DNA of 64,000 nucleotides from Thermoanaerobaculia bacterium (lineage in GTDB: Bacteria > Acidobacteriota > Thermoanaerobaculia > Multivoradales > Multivoraceae): positions 2,368,001 through 2,432,000 of the forward strand of contig OY762911.1 of assembly GCA_963666565.1 (NCBI GenBank). Direction: 5' to 3'. A program made the position numbers and the translations under genes. Under the pieces are notes generated by a model. The model did no database searches. It saw only the letters and a list, made by a program, of their open reading frames with translations, and was not told where the DNA came from. This document shows positions 19,468-30,792 of this stretch, piece by piece (positions within the stretch are counted from its first letter, which is position 1; each line of letters begins with the position of its first letter).

Positions 19468-20871
19468 TTACGCCCGCAGGCCCGGCAGCGGGCCGGCGAG
19501 GGAGATGTAGTCGCCGCGTTGGCCGTAGGCGTGGGGGAGGCCGACGTGGTTGACGTCGAGGCCCATGGCCTGGGCGACGGAGACGAGGAGGTGCTGGTGG
19601 GGGACGCCGGCGAACTGCGTGAGGCCGCCGGGGGCGAGTTGCGCCGGGACCCGCATCTGGGCGGGGGTCTCGTGGGGCCAGTACAGGTAGCGGCCGGTGT
19701 CGAAGGCCCAGGAACCGCCGATGAGGACGGGGCAGTAGTTGCGGTAGCCGTGCCAGCCGTCGCCGAGTTCGGAGCCCCAGACGATCAGGGTGTTGTCCAT
19801 CAGCGAGCCGCCGCCAGCGTCCGGGATCGACTCCAGGGTGCTGACGAGACGGGCGACCTGCTGGCCGTGGTATGCCGCGTAATGCGTCATCGCGTCGTGC
19901 TTGCGGATGTCCTCGTGGATGTAGTGGGCGATGCCCTTGTGTACCTTGTCGCTGATGTGGTCGGCGCCGAACTCCGCCGTCGGCATCTCGCCGAGGGAGA
20001 ACGAGACGACCCGCGTGATGTCGCAACTGAAGGCGGCGCCGATGATGTCGGCGAAGGCGTCGAACTGCAGGTCGTAGCGGTCGAACGAGGCGGCGGGCTG
20101 CGGGGGCGCGTCGCAGGAGAGGGTCGCCAGGCCCTCGAGCCGGTGGCCCAGCCGGTCGACCAGGCCGAAGTGGGACTCGAGTCGGGCGCGGTCGTTCGCG
20201 TCGAAACGCGCGGCGACCGCCCGGTACTCCCGGTACGCGAAGTCGAGGGTGCTGCGCCGGTACGCGCCGACCGTGTCGCCGGAGGATGCCGGTCCGAAGA
20301 CCCGGTTCCAGGCCCGCAGCGGCGTGTTCTCGGCCGGCAGCCGTACGCCGCCGCCGTTGTAGCTGATCGGACGGCCGGCTTCGAGCGCCGCGTCGACCGA
20401 GACTTCCAGCGACGGCAGCCGGTCCGGCCGGGCCACGTGCGCGGCGACGAGCTGGTCGAGGGAGGCCGAGGTCGAGCGGGTGTCGCGGCCGGCGAAGTCC
20501 GCGTTGGCGCCGGTCCAGGCGTGGACCCAGCCGCGGTCGTGCCGGTTGCCGCCGGCGTCGAGTTCGGCGGTGGCCAGGGACAGGCCGTCCAGGGCGAGGA
20601 TGCGGCGGCGATGTTCGTGGAGCGGCGCCAGCGGCGTGCTGAACGCCGACTTCGGGAGCTGCTCCAGATCGACCGACCAGGGTTCGCTCTCGGAGACGCC
20701 CTCCGGGCGCATCTTCCAGGTGGCGTAGGGCCAGCCGTGGCAGTGGCTGATCAGGATCAGACGGCGGACCTGCGCGGGGCTCTGGGCGAGTGCGCGCAGG
20801 GCGCCGCCCGGCCAGCCGGCGCCGAGCGCGGCGAGTCCGCCGAGTTGCAGCAGGTGGCGTCTGGAGATCAT
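19468..20871 (-). CDS. DUF1552-family protein with Tat-like signal
   Basis: MISRRHLLQLGG (RR motif), LAPL, SLDQLVA, P.EN.PLRAW.RVFG, AFSCDITRV, GGSLMDNTLIVWGSELGDG..H; ATGA-coupled to DUF1592 gene. Confidence 0.85.
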   Translation of the reverse strand: MISRRHLLQLGGLAALGAGWPGGALRALAQSPAQVRRLILISHCHGWPYATWKMRPEGVSESEPWSVDLEQLPKSAFSTPLAPLHEHRRRILALDGLSLATAELDAGGNRHDRGWVHAWTGANADFAGRDTRSTSASLDQLVAAHVARPDRLPSLEVSVDAALEAGRPISYNGGGVRLPAENTPLRAWNRVFGPASSGDTVGAYRRSTLDFAYREYRAVAARFDANDRARLESHFGLVDRLGHRLEGLATLSCDAPPQPAASFDRYDLQFDAFADIIGAAFSCDITRVVSFSLGEMPTAEFGADHISDKVHKGIAHYIHEDIRKHDAMTHYAAYHGQQVARLVSTLESIPDAGGGSLMDNTLIVWGSELGDGWHGYRNYCPVLIGGSWAFDTGRYLYWPHETPAQMRVPAQLAPGGLTQFAGVPHQHLLVSVAQAMGLDVNHVGLPHAYGQRGDYISLAGPLPGLRA

Positions 20872-22673
20872 GGGTGCGCTCCTGAGCGGAAGAGGTCGCT
20901 GGTGGCGATCGACACGAGGAGCTCCTTGACCGAGTCGTTCTCGCGGAAGCCCTCCTGGATCGGTTCGAGGCCGGGCGCGTTCCTCTCCATGTGCCTGCCC
21001 AGGGCGTAGCGAGTCCAGTGCAGGGCGTAGCAGTCCCGTGCCCGGCGGCTCGCGGCCAGTTTGTGCGCGAACTCGACGCCATCGGCGAACTCAAGCAGTT
21101 CGGCGCCGGGCAGACGAAGCGAGCCGCCGGCGTCGACCGGCTGGCCGTTGTCCTCGGCGCGCCAGGCGCCCATCGCGTCGTAGTGCTCGAAGGCGAAGCC
21201 GGCCGGGTTGATCCGGCGGTGGCACGTGTTGCACTCGCTCGGCATTGTGGCGGCGGTGGTCCGCTCGCGGTTCGTGGCTTCGGCGTCGAGAGTGTCCGGC
21301 GGAAGCGACGTCTCGGCACCCTCGATCGGCTCGCCCAGTTCCATGCAGGCGATGCGTTCCAGGATGCGCACGCCGCGGGGGATCGGGCCGGGCTGCACGG
21401 CGTAGGCGCCGATGGCGAGGACGGACGGCAGCGTCAGCACGCCGGCCCGCTGCGCGGCGTCCAGCACGACCGGATCGAGGGTGAGCGGCTTCTTGCGTCC
21501 GATCGACGCGGTCACGTACTCGATCGGCCGGGTCACGGCGGCGCGCCCTTCGTCCGCGGTGGTCGTGGCGCCGTAGATCGGCGCGGTGCTGCGGGATACA
21601 TAGCCGTGGTTTCCGGTCATCAGCTCGGTGAACGTTCCCGCGCGGTCGAAGATGGCCTCCTCGACGAACAGCTCTGTCTCGAGCTTCATCGAGTGCCGGA
21701 TCGGCCCCACGATCGACGGCCACTTCGTGTCGTCGTCGCGCACCTTGCCCAGGCGAGGGCTGAGGCCGAAGCGGGGCCCGAAAGCGCGGCGCGCGGGCGC
21801 GATCAGGAGAACCTGGTCGGTGCCGAGCCACTGGTGGTGGAAGTGGACGACGGCGGAGCGGGCCTTCGGGTCGTCGAGCATCCGGCGGGCCTGCCGTTCG
21901 ACGCCTTCCGCGGTCGCGAGTTCGCCGGCGCCTGCCGCCCGGAAGAGATCGTCGTCCGGCATCGAGTCCCAGAGGAAGTAGGAGAGGCGCGAGGCAAGTT
22001 CCCAGGAGTCCAGCGCCGTGGCGTCCGGCGCCAGCTTGAAGTGGAACGCGGGCGCCTGCAGGATGCCGGCGACGGTGAGCGCTACCGCCTCGTCGAGGGG
22101 TTCGGCTGCGGCCTGCGTCCGCCAGAACGCCTCGATCCGGTCGCGCTCCCCGTCGTGCAGCGGCCGGCGGTACGCGCGTTCGGCGAAGCGGAGGATGCTC
22201 TCTTCGGCGCACGCTTCCCGGTCGGCGGCCGGCAGCCCGGACCAGTCCGAACAGGCGAAGAAGGTCGGCGAGAGCAGGGCGAACGAGCCGAAGTGCATCG
22301 CGGCGAGGTGGAGTTCCTCGACCTGATAGGACGACGGGCTCTGGCCCTCGGCGATGCCCTCGAAGCCGTCGGCGCCGGGCTCGGCCGGGAACGGCCACGG
22401 CCACGGGTCGGGCGGGGGCGGCGGCGCGAAGACGCCCTTGCTCGCCGCGCGCCGCGGGCTGATCCGGTCGGCGACGGCCGGGCGCTTCGGCCACCGCTCG
22501 CCGTCCCGGGGAAAGCCGAGCAGGTCGGCGACCGTGTTGTTGTACTCGGTCGGCGTGAGCGCCAGCGGCGCCGGTTGGTTTGCTTCGCCGGGTTCAGGCG
22601 AAGCGGCCGCCGCCGGCAGCGCGAGGGCTGCGGCGCAAAGGAGCGCCGGCACCGTTCTGAGATCGAGCTTCAT
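20868..22673 (-). CDS. DUF1592/DUF1588/DUF1595/DUF1585 (PSD/PSCyt) domain protein
   Basis: LTPTEYNNTVADLLG, FAERAYRRPL, ELASRLSYFLWDSMPDD, RAGVLT, PIPRG, CNTCH, GFAFEHYDAMG.WR. Confidence 0.9.
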   Translation of the reverse strand: MKLDLRTVPALLCAAALALPAAAASPEPGEANQPAPLALTPTEYNNTVADLLGFPRDGERWPKRPAVADRISPRRAASKGVFAPPPPPDPWPWPFPAEPGADGFEGIAEGQSPSSYQVEELHLAAMHFGSFALLSPTFFACSDWSGLPAADREACAEESILRFAERAYRRPLHDGERDRIEAFWRTQAAAEPLDEAVALTVAGILQAPAFHFKLAPDATALDSWELASRLSYFLWDSMPDDDLFRAAGAGELATAEGVERQARRMLDDPKARSAVVHFHHQWLGTDQVLLIAPARRAFGPRFGLSPRLGKVRDDDTKWPSIVGPIRHSMKLETELFVEEAIFDRAGTFTELMTGNHGYVSRSTAPIYGATTTADEGRAAVTRPIEYVTASIGRKKPLTLDPVVLDAAQRAGVLTLPSVLAIGAYAVQPGPIPRGVRILERIACMELGEPIEGAETSLPPDTLDAEATNRERTTAATMPSECNTCHRRINPAGFAFEHYDAMGAWRAEDNGQPVDAGGSLRLPGAELLEFADGVEFAHKLAASRRARDCYALHWTRYALGRHMERNAPGLEPIQEGFRENDSVKELLVSIATSDLFRSGAHP

Positions 22674-22758
22674 GGCGGATGGCACGGGCTAAGGCTCCGG
22701 TGCGGATGAACCTGTAACACTGTATCAGTCCCGATTTGTTCCCCGGGCAACAGAGTGT

Positions 22759-22897
22759 CGGTGCGCGGGTCTTCCGACCCGCCCACGGGCGGAGCCGCTT
22801 GGCGGCGAAGCCCGGACAATAGAGCCGCCGGCCGAGGGCCGGCGACGACGCCCACCAGCCGCCCGCGGCGGCAGCGGGTCGGAAGACCCGCGCACCC
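22759..22897. mobile_element. REPIN/MITE-like element: inverted family 1 REPs around a conserved spacer
   Basis: Ends GGTGCGCGGGTCTTCCGACCCGC and GCGGGTCGGAAGACCCGCGCACCC; interior clearly similar to 53238-53375. Confidence 0.75.
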
Positions 22898-22905
22898 GGC
22901 GGGGC

Positions 22906-24483
22906 CTACTCGGCGTCTTGCCCGGCGCCGCCCGAGGTGCGCAGGATGAACTCGTCGAGCGTCTCCTTCCACTGCGGGAGCAGCGACTGTTCCACGTACA
23001 TCATGTGCCCGGCGGCGAAGTCCTCGCGCTGGATGTTCGCTCTGAGTTCCGGCGGCAGGCCCATGTGGTCCATCGTCCAGACCGCCGCGAAGTAGGGCGT
23101 CGCCAGGTCGTACAGGCCGTTGATCAGCAGCACTTCGAGCGCCGGATTCCTGCGCATGGCGGCGGCCAGGTCGGGGGCGACGTTGGGCGTGCCGTCGCCG
23201 CGCGAGAAGCGTCCCGCGTTCACCCGCCCCCAGTTCCAGTCGCGGACGGCGCCGCTCGGGACGTACTCCCGGTCGCCGTCGTAGCCGAGCTCGCTCCGCA
23301 GGTAGCCGTTGAACGCCGACGTGTAGGCCGAGCTGATCGCCGTCGACTGCGGATCGTGGGACGGCCGCGTCCCCAGCGCGTCTCCGGCCGGGCCGGTGAA
23401 GCGGGCGTCCAGTCGGCCGACGATCTTCCCTTCGTCGCGCAGCAGCTCGGCCTCGAAGGCTGGCGCGGTCACCCGCAGGTCCGACTTGTCGATGAAGTCG
23501 CGCGAGAGCCCGGTGTAGCGGTGCATGCGGTCGACCACCCGGGCGCGGGTGTCCGCGTCGAGCGTGCTGCCCCGAAGCAGGGCGGTGGCGTACTCGGTGA
23601 GCGCCCATTCCTCCACCTCGGCCATCAGGGTTTCGAGGTCCGCCGGGTTGCCCGCCGGCAGCGCGTCCAGGTAGCGGGCGGCGACGGCGTAGGACGGCAG
23701 GTTGACGATGTAGGCGACGTCGTCGCCGGGCGCGAACTGGATCGTGTTGAACTGCAGGACCGACGAGACGAGGACGATGCCGTTCAGGTCGATGTTGGCG
23801 CGCTGCAGGCGGCCGGCGAGCACCGCCGACCGGGTCGTGCCGTAGCTCTCGCCGAGCAGGTAGCGCGGCGAGTTCCAGCGGTCGTGCTTGCTGAGGAACC
23901 GCCGGACGAACTGGGCGAGCGACTTCGCGTCCTCGTCGATGCCCCAGTAGTCGGAACCCGGCGTCTCGCCCAGGGTGTGGCTGAAGCCGGTGCCTACGGG
24001 ATCGACCATCACGATGTCGGCGATGTCGAGGATGGTCCAGGCGTTGTCCTCCAGCGGGTAGGGCGGCGCCCCCTGCGGGCCGACGTCCGGGGTCACGACG
24101 CGCCGCGGCCCCATGATCCCCATGTGCAGCCAGAAGGACGCCGAGCCGGGGCCGCCGTTGTAGGAGAACACCAGGGGGCGCGTCCCCGCCGGCGCGCCGT
24201 TCGTGCGGAAGTACGCCGTGTACCAGAGTTGCGCGGCCGGGGCGCCGTCGTCGTTGTCGAGCTGGATGCCGGTGACGACGGCGTCGTACTCGACCGTCTC
24301 GCCGCCGACGTCGATCGAGTGGCTGGTCTCCCAGCGGCCGGGCGGAGGAGGCGCCTTGGCGGCGGCCGGAGCGCCGTCGCCCTCCTCGGCGCGGGTCGGG
24401 GCAGCCGCGGCCAGGGCGACGAGGCAGGTCAGGACGAGGGCCGGTCTGGCGGCGGCAAGTGGCGGAAAGGCGGAGAACTTCAT
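22906..24483 (-). CDS. Peptidase S10 serine carboxypeptidase, secreted
   Basis: Signal peptide; YNGGPGSAS, DPVGTGFS, GESYGT, NGLYDLATPY, AGHMMY. Confidence 0.92.
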   Translation of the reverse strand: MKFSAFPPLAAARPALVLTCLVALAAAAPTRAEEGDGAPAAAKAPPPPGRWETSHSIDVGGETVEYDAVVTGIQLDNDDGAPAAQLWYTAYFRTNGAPAGTRPLVFSYNGGPGSASFWLHMGIMGPRRVVTPDVGPQGAPPYPLEDNAWTILDIADIVMVDPVGTGFSHTLGETPGSDYWGIDEDAKSLAQFVRRFLSKHDRWNSPRYLLGESYGTTRSAVLAGRLQRANIDLNGIVLVSSVLQFNTIQFAPGDDVAYIVNLPSYAVAARYLDALPAGNPADLETLMAEVEEWALTEYATALLRGSTLDADTRARVVDRMHRYTGLSRDFIDKSDLRVTAPAFEAELLRDEGKIVGRLDARFTGPAGDALGTRPSHDPQSTAISSAYTSAFNGYLRSELGYDGDREYVPSGAVRDWNWGRVNAGRFSRGDGTPNVAPDLAAAMRRNPALEVLLINGLYDLATPYFAAVWTMDHMGLPPELRANIQREDFAAGHMMYVEQSLLPQWKETLDEFILRTSGGAGQDAE

Positions 24484-24550
24484 CGCGCTATTGTAGACAG
24501 CGAGCTACGGCAGGCGCCGCCGGCGGGCGGCGGACCACGAGGGAGGATCC

Positions 24551-25576
24551 ATGAGAGACGCTCTTCGACTGACGATTCGTTCCGCGCTCGCCGCGGCCAC
24601 CGTGTTCGCGGCGGCTTCGCTTCCGGCGCAGGACTGGACCGTCACGACCGACACCCACCGGTTCATGCAGGTCCGCAACGGCATCTGGCTGACCCAGACG
24701 ACGGCCCAGGTGTTCAACAGCAACGCGCTCGTCATCGTCAACTACGAGGACGTCGTCGTCGTGGATTCCCACGTGACGCCGGCCAAGGCGCGCGACCTGA
24801 TCGCCTCGATTCCGGCGATCACGAACAAGCCGGTGACCGCCGTCGTCAACTCGCACTTCCACTGGGATCACGCGCACGGCAACCAGGAGTTCGCGGACGT
24901 GCCGATCATCGGCCACGAGTACACGCGGATGAAAATGGCGACGGCGCCGCTCGACGAGCCGACCTACGTGCAGGGGACGACCGGCAACGCGGCGACGCTG
25001 GAGCGGCTCGCCGAACAGATCGAGGCGGCCGAGGACGACGAGGAGCGCGAGGGGCTCGAAACGTACCGCGCGATGTTCGCCGTCCACGCCGCGGACTTCG
25101 ACGAGATCGACCCGCTGCCGCCCGACGTGACGATGAACGAGAAGATGATCCTGTTCCGGGGCGGCCGGGAGATCCGGATCGTCTTCGTGGGCCGCGCCCA
25201 CACCGGCGGCGACGTCGTCGTCCACTTCCCGCAGGACAGGCTCGTCTTCACCGGCGACATCCTCTTCGGCGGTCCGTCGTTCATGGGCGACGGCTACGTC
25301 GACGAGTGGGCCGAGACGCTGGAAAACCTGAAGGCGCTCGACTTCGACATCGTCGTGCCCGGGCACGGCCCGCCGTTGACCGACCTGAGCGCCATCGAGA
25401 AGTCGCAGGAGTACTACCGCGTCCTGTGGGAGCGGACGGCGGAAATGCGCGCGGCCGGGACGCCCGCCGAGGAGGTGTCCGGCACGCTCGACCTTTCCGA
25501 CACGGCGTTTCCGCAACGGCAGCCCTCCGAAGTGGAGGTGCGGCGGATGTACCACCGCATGGAGAACCCGGACTGA
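24551..25576 (+). CDS. Metallo-beta-lactamase-fold hydrolase (cyclase-like), secreted
   Basis: Signal peptide; NSHFHWDHAHGN, AHTGGD, FTGD, VPGHG. Confidence 0.88.
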   Translation: MRDALRLTIRSALAAATVFAAASLPAQDWTVTTDTHRFMQVRNGIWLTQTTAQVFNSNALVIVNYEDVVVVDSHVTPAKARDLIASIPAITNKPVTAVVNSHFHWDHAHGNQEFADVPIIGHEYTRMKMATAPLDEPTYVQGTTGNAATLERLAEQIEAAEDDEEREGLETYRAMFAVHAADFDEIDPLPPDVTMNEKMILFRGGREIRIVFVGRAHTGGDVVVHFPQDRLVFTGDILFGGPSFMGDGYVDEWAETLENLKALDFDIVVPGHGPPLTDLSAIEKSQEYYRVLWERTAEMRAAGTPAEEVSGTLDLSDTAFPQRQPSEVEVRRMYHRMENPD

Positions 25577-25629
25577 AACCGCCACGCCATCCCCGTTTCC
25601 TGCCGCGCACCCGCGACGGCTGGATCGCC

Positions 25630-25800
25630 ATGATCGCCTTCGGGGCGATCTTCCTCCTCGCGGTGCCGCCCGTGTCCCACACGCTGCTGAACCGGATCGA
25701 GCCGAGCGTCCTCGGCCTGCCGTTCCTCTACCTGGCCCTCTTCGCCGTCTACGTTGCGCTGATCGCGGTGCTGATCTGGGCGTATCGCCGCGGCGTATGA
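25630..25800 (+). CDS. Small two-helix membrane protein (DUF3311-like SSS partner); start could be as early as 25573
   Basis: NRIEPSVLGLPFLY between two hydrophobic stretches, immediately upstream of an SSS gene. Confidence 0.7.
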   Translation: MIAFGAIFLLAVPPVSHTLLNRIEPSVLGLPFLYLALFAVYVALIAVLIWAYRRGV

Positions 25801-25841
25801 CGCCGTTTCCCTCGTTCGTCTCCCCAATCTGAGGATCGCCG

Positions 25842-27353
25842 ATGGAAACCTGGGTCGTCGCCACGAGCCTGATCGGCATCTACCTGCTGATCACCCTCGG
25901 CGTAGCCGTCGTCGCCAACCGTCACATGACGGTCGACATGGAGGACTTCCTCCTGTGCGGGCGGCGCACCGGCTTCGTCGTTCTCTACCTGACCGTCGTC
26001 GCCACCTACCATTCCGCGTTCGCGTTCCTGGGCTCCGGCGGCTTCTTCTTCACCCACGGCGTCGGTTTCTGGGCGGCGGGCGTGTGGACGCTGCTGGTCG
26101 GCGCCGCAACCTACGTCATCGGGACCCGCATCTGGGCGCTGGGCAAGGCGTTCGGCTACATCACGCCGGCCGACCTGCTGGCCGACTTCTACGAGTCCGA
26201 GGCGGTGCGAGCCGCGGTCGCGGTCGTCTCCGTGCTGTTCACGATCCTCTACATCCAGGTCCAGGCGCTTGCCCTCGGCTACATCATGGACGTGGCGACG
26301 GACGGCCGCATCCGTTTCGAGGTCGGCGTGCTGATCATGCTGACGGTCGCCGTCGTCCACCTGATGGTCGGCGGCCTGCGCGCCGTCTACTGGACGGACG
26401 TGTTCCAGGGCGCGTGGATGTACGTCGCGATCTGGGCCGGCGCGCTCGTTCTCTCGTTCGAGCTCTTCGGCGGCCCGGTCGAACTCTGGCAGCGGGTGAC
26501 GAGCGAGCGGCCCGACATGCTGACCCTGCCCGGTCCCGAGGGCTTCTTCACGCCCGGCATGTGGGTCGGGATGGTCCTCACGCTGTCGTTCGGGATCATC
26601 TTCCAGCCCCACATGATGATCCGCTACTACACGGCGGTGGACGGCAAGACGCTCAAGCTGCTCGGCGCGACGACGCCGATCTACCTGATGACGCTGTACA
26701 TCCCGGCGGCGCTGGTCGGCTTGGGCGGAGCGCTGGTCATGCCGGAGCTGGAGCGCGCGGACCGCATCTTCCCCGAGCTGCTCTTCCAGTACGCGCCGGC
26801 GTGGCTGACGGGCATCATCCTGGCCGGCGCCGCGGCGGCCGCCATGTCCACTCTGGACTCCATCCTGCACGCGAACATGACCGTGCTCACCCGCGACGTG
26901 TACCAGCGTCACATCGCGCGCGGGAAGAGCCAGGCGCACTACGTGTTCGTCGGTCGCGCGATCGTCTTCGCGCTGCTGGGGGTGGCCTTCGCGCTCTCGA
27001 TCACGGAGAGCGACCTGCTGGTGGCGATCGTCACGCTGTCCGGGGCGGGGGCGCTGCAGCTCATGCCGGCGATCGTCGGGGTCTGTTTCCCGGGCCGGCG
27101 CTCGCTCAGCCGGGCGGGAGTCCTCGCCGGCCTGGGCGCCGGGTTGTTCGTTCTGGCGCTGACGCTGCCGCTGAACCTGGGCTTCGCCCTGCCCTGGGGC
27201 GCCCATCCGCTGGGCATGCACGGCGGCGTCTGGGGGCTCCTGGCCAACACGCTGGTCGCCCTTGCCGTGTCCGCCTTCACGCCCGGCCCCTCCCGCGAGA
27301 CGGTGGCCCGCGTCCACGGCGAAGTCGAGCGCTTCGTCTACGGCAAGGAGTAA
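25842..27353 (+). CDS. Sodium:solute symporter (SSS) family transporter
   Basis: Many TM helices; EDFLLCGR, SAFAFLG, GGLRAVYWTDVFQ, AAAMSTLDSILH. Confidence 0.93.
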   Translation: METWVVATSLIGIYLLITLGVAVVANRHMTVDMEDFLLCGRRTGFVVLYLTVVATYHSAFAFLGSGGFFFTHGVGFWAAGVWTLLVGAATYVIGTRIWALGKAFGYITPADLLADFYESEAVRAAVAVVSVLFTILYIQVQALALGYIMDVATDGRIRFEVGVLIMLTVAVVHLMVGGLRAVYWTDVFQGAWMYVAIWAGALVLSFELFGGPVELWQRVTSERPDMLTLPGPEGFFTPGMWVGMVLTLSFGIIFQPHMMIRYYTAVDGKTLKLLGATTPIYLMTLYIPAALVGLGGALVMPELERADRIFPELLFQYAPAWLTGIILAGAAAAAMSTLDSILHANMTVLTRDVYQRHIARGKSQAHYVFVGRAIVFALLGVAFALSITESDLLVAIVTLSGAGALQLMPAIVGVCFPGRRSLSRAGVLAGLGAGLFVLALTLPLNLGFALPWGAHPLGMHGGVWGLLANTLVALAVSAFTPGPSRETVARVHGEVERFVYGKE

Positions 27354-27363
27354 TCGACCCGCC

Positions 27364-27410
27364 GGGTGCGCGGGTCTTTCTGACCCGCTGCCGCCGAAGG
27401 CGGCCAGGAA
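27364..27410 (+). repeat. REP-like family 1 copy
   Basis: GGGTGCGCGGGTCTTTCTGACCCGCTGCCGCCGAAGGCGGCC. Confidence 0.9.
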
Positions 27411-27500
27411 GCGCGCCGGCCTTGGGCCGGCGACCTTCACGCGCCCGCCGCCCTGCAAGCTGGACGGAAGTCGCCCCCCTGTGCGATTCTCCGCAGTCCA

Positions 27501-28583
27501 ATGAAGCGCATCGGCATCAGCACCGGCGGCGGCGACGCGCCCGGCCTCAACGCGGTCATCCGTGCCGTCACCCTCGCCTCCATTCGCCGCGGCTGGGAAG
27601 TCGTCGGCCTCCTGCGCGGTTACGGCGCCTTCTTCGACCCCGGCCAGGTCCGCATCCTCGACCGGGACGCCGTCCGCGGCACGACCCACCTCGGCGGCAC
27701 GATCCTCGGCACCCGCAGCGGCGCCAACCCCTTCGAGCGAAAGGTCGAGCAGGAGGACGGCTCGGTCGTGGTCGAGGACCTGATGGAAGAAGCCGTGGAG
27801 GGGTTCCACCGGCTCGGACTCGATGCACTCGTGTCGGTGGGCGGCGACGGCTCCATGCGGCTCGCGCTCAAGCTGCACAAGCACGGCATACCCGTGGTCG
27901 GCGTGCCGAAGACGATCGACAACGACCTCGCCGGCACGAACGTCACGTTCGGCTTCCACACCGCCGTCGACGTCGCCACGGCGGCCATCGAGCGGCTGCA
28001 CTCCACCGCGGACGCGCACGACCGCATCTTCGTCGTCGAGCTGATGGGCCGTTACGCCGGCTGGATCGCCCTGTTCGCCGGCGTCGCGGCGACGGCCCAG
28101 GTCATCCTGATCCCGGAGATTCCGTACGACATCGAGCACGTTTGCGACCACCTGATGGCGCGAGAGCGCCGGGGCAGGCACTCGGCGGTCGTCGTGGCCG
28201 CCGAGGGCGCCCGGCCGGTCGGCGGCGACTTCACCTGGGCCAAGGGCGCCGGCGGCAGCGCCGGCGAGCGCCTGGGCGGTGTCGCCGAGCGCGTGGCGAC
28301 CCAGATCCACGAGCGGACCGTCAAGGAAACCCGCACCGTCACCCTGGGCCACCTCCAGCGCGGCGGCCAGCCGATCCCCTACGACCGCCTGATCGCCCTG
28401 CGCTTCGGTGCCGCCGCCGTCCGCCAGATCGAAGTCGGCGAGTTCGGCGTCATGGTGTCGCTCGACCCGCCGAACGTCCGCGCCGTGCCGCTGGAACTCG
28501 CCGTCAGCCGGATGAAGAGCGTCCCCCTCGAAGCCGACGTCGTCGCCACCGCCCGCGACCTCGGCATCTGCCTCGGCGAGTAG
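27501..28583 (+). CDS. pfkA: 6-phosphofructokinase (PfkA family)
   Basis: TGGGDAPGLNAVIR, GGTILGT, GGDGS, PKTIDNDL, VELMGRYAGWIA, LGHLQRGG. Confidence 0.96.
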   Translation: MKRIGISTGGGDAPGLNAVIRAVTLASIRRGWEVVGLLRGYGAFFDPGQVRILDRDAVRGTTHLGGTILGTRSGANPFERKVEQEDGSVVVEDLMEEAVEGFHRLGLDALVSVGGDGSMRLALKLHKHGIPVVGVPKTIDNDLAGTNVTFGFHTAVDVATAAIERLHSTADAHDRIFVVELMGRYAGWIALFAGVAATAQVILIPEIPYDIEHVCDHLMARERRGRHSAVVVAAEGARPVGGDFTWAKGAGGSAGERLGGVAERVATQIHERTVKETRTVTLGHLQRGGQPIPYDRLIALRFGAAAVRQIEVGEFGVMVSLDPPNVRAVPLELAVSRMKSVPLEADVVATARDLGICLGE

Positions 28584-28628
28584 ACACCAGGAAATCTCGA
28601 CGGCTGTCGACGAGATTTCCTGGTATCT
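28582..28628. terminator. Long stem-loop right after pfkA (terminator or RNA-stabilising hairpin)
   Basis: AGACACCAGGAAATCTCG ... CGAGATTTCCTGGTATCT, 18-bp stem with one mismatch; no clear U-tract. Confidence 0.5.
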
Positions 28629-28693
28629 GCCCGTTCCCGGCGCCAGAGAACATGGGCGCCGTGGCGGTCCGACTCCGGTAGCGTAGCCGCGTC

Positions 28694-28923
28694 ATGACGA
28701 CCGCGACCTTCGATACCTTGGCCACGGCCCGCAAGCTCGAAGACGCGGGCCTGAACACCGTTCAAGCCGAGGCGGTCACCGAGGCTATCCGTGCAACCGT
28801 AACGGAGGGCATCGCGACGAAGGCGGACCTGGAGCACTGCGCGCAGACCTCACCTGGCGCATGGTCCTGATCGTCGGTGCGTTGTTGACTCTGGCGACCG
28901 CGCTCGACCGCCTGCTCGGTTGA
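28694..28923 (+). pseudogene. Frameshifted DUF1640/CCDC90-like coiled-coil membrane-anchored protein
   Basis: MTTATFDTLATARKLEDAGL...ATKADLE, then a single-base loss near 28835 gives a stop at 28868-28870; the shifted frame reads LRADLTWRMVLIVGALLTLATALDRLLG*, matching the C-terminus of 62410-62739. Confidence 0.75.
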
Positions 28924-29002
28924 GCCGCCGGTCGACAGTACGCGCGTTCGGAGAGCGTCCCCATGGCGGTCGCGTTCCCCAGCGGTGGCGGGATACCCAT
29001 CT

Positions 29003-30477
<1,475 letters not shown>

Positions 30478-30481
<4 letters not shown>

Positions 30482-30792
30482 GATGCGGCCTCGCCGTCCG
30501 CGCCTGCCTTCGGCTCCTGCTTCTTGAACATCCGCAGCATGCGGTCCGTGATCCAGAAGCCGCCGACGACGTTGATTGTCGCGCACAGCACGGCGATCGC
30601 GCCGAGCACGGTGCTCACGTCGTTGTAGTGCGCGCCGGCCGCGACCAGCGAGCCGACCAGCGAGATGCCGGAAATGGCGTTCGTGAAGGCCATCAGCGGG
30701 GTGTGGAGCAGGGCGGGCACACCCTTGATCACGCCGTAGCCGACGAACGCGGCGAGCATGAAGATGTACAGCCCCAGGAAGATCTCAAGCAT
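30478..30792 (-). CDS. pntA: NAD(P) transhydrogenase alpha subunit part 2
   Basis: VPALLHTPLMAFTNAISG, INVVGGFWITDRMLRMFK. Confidence 0.96.
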
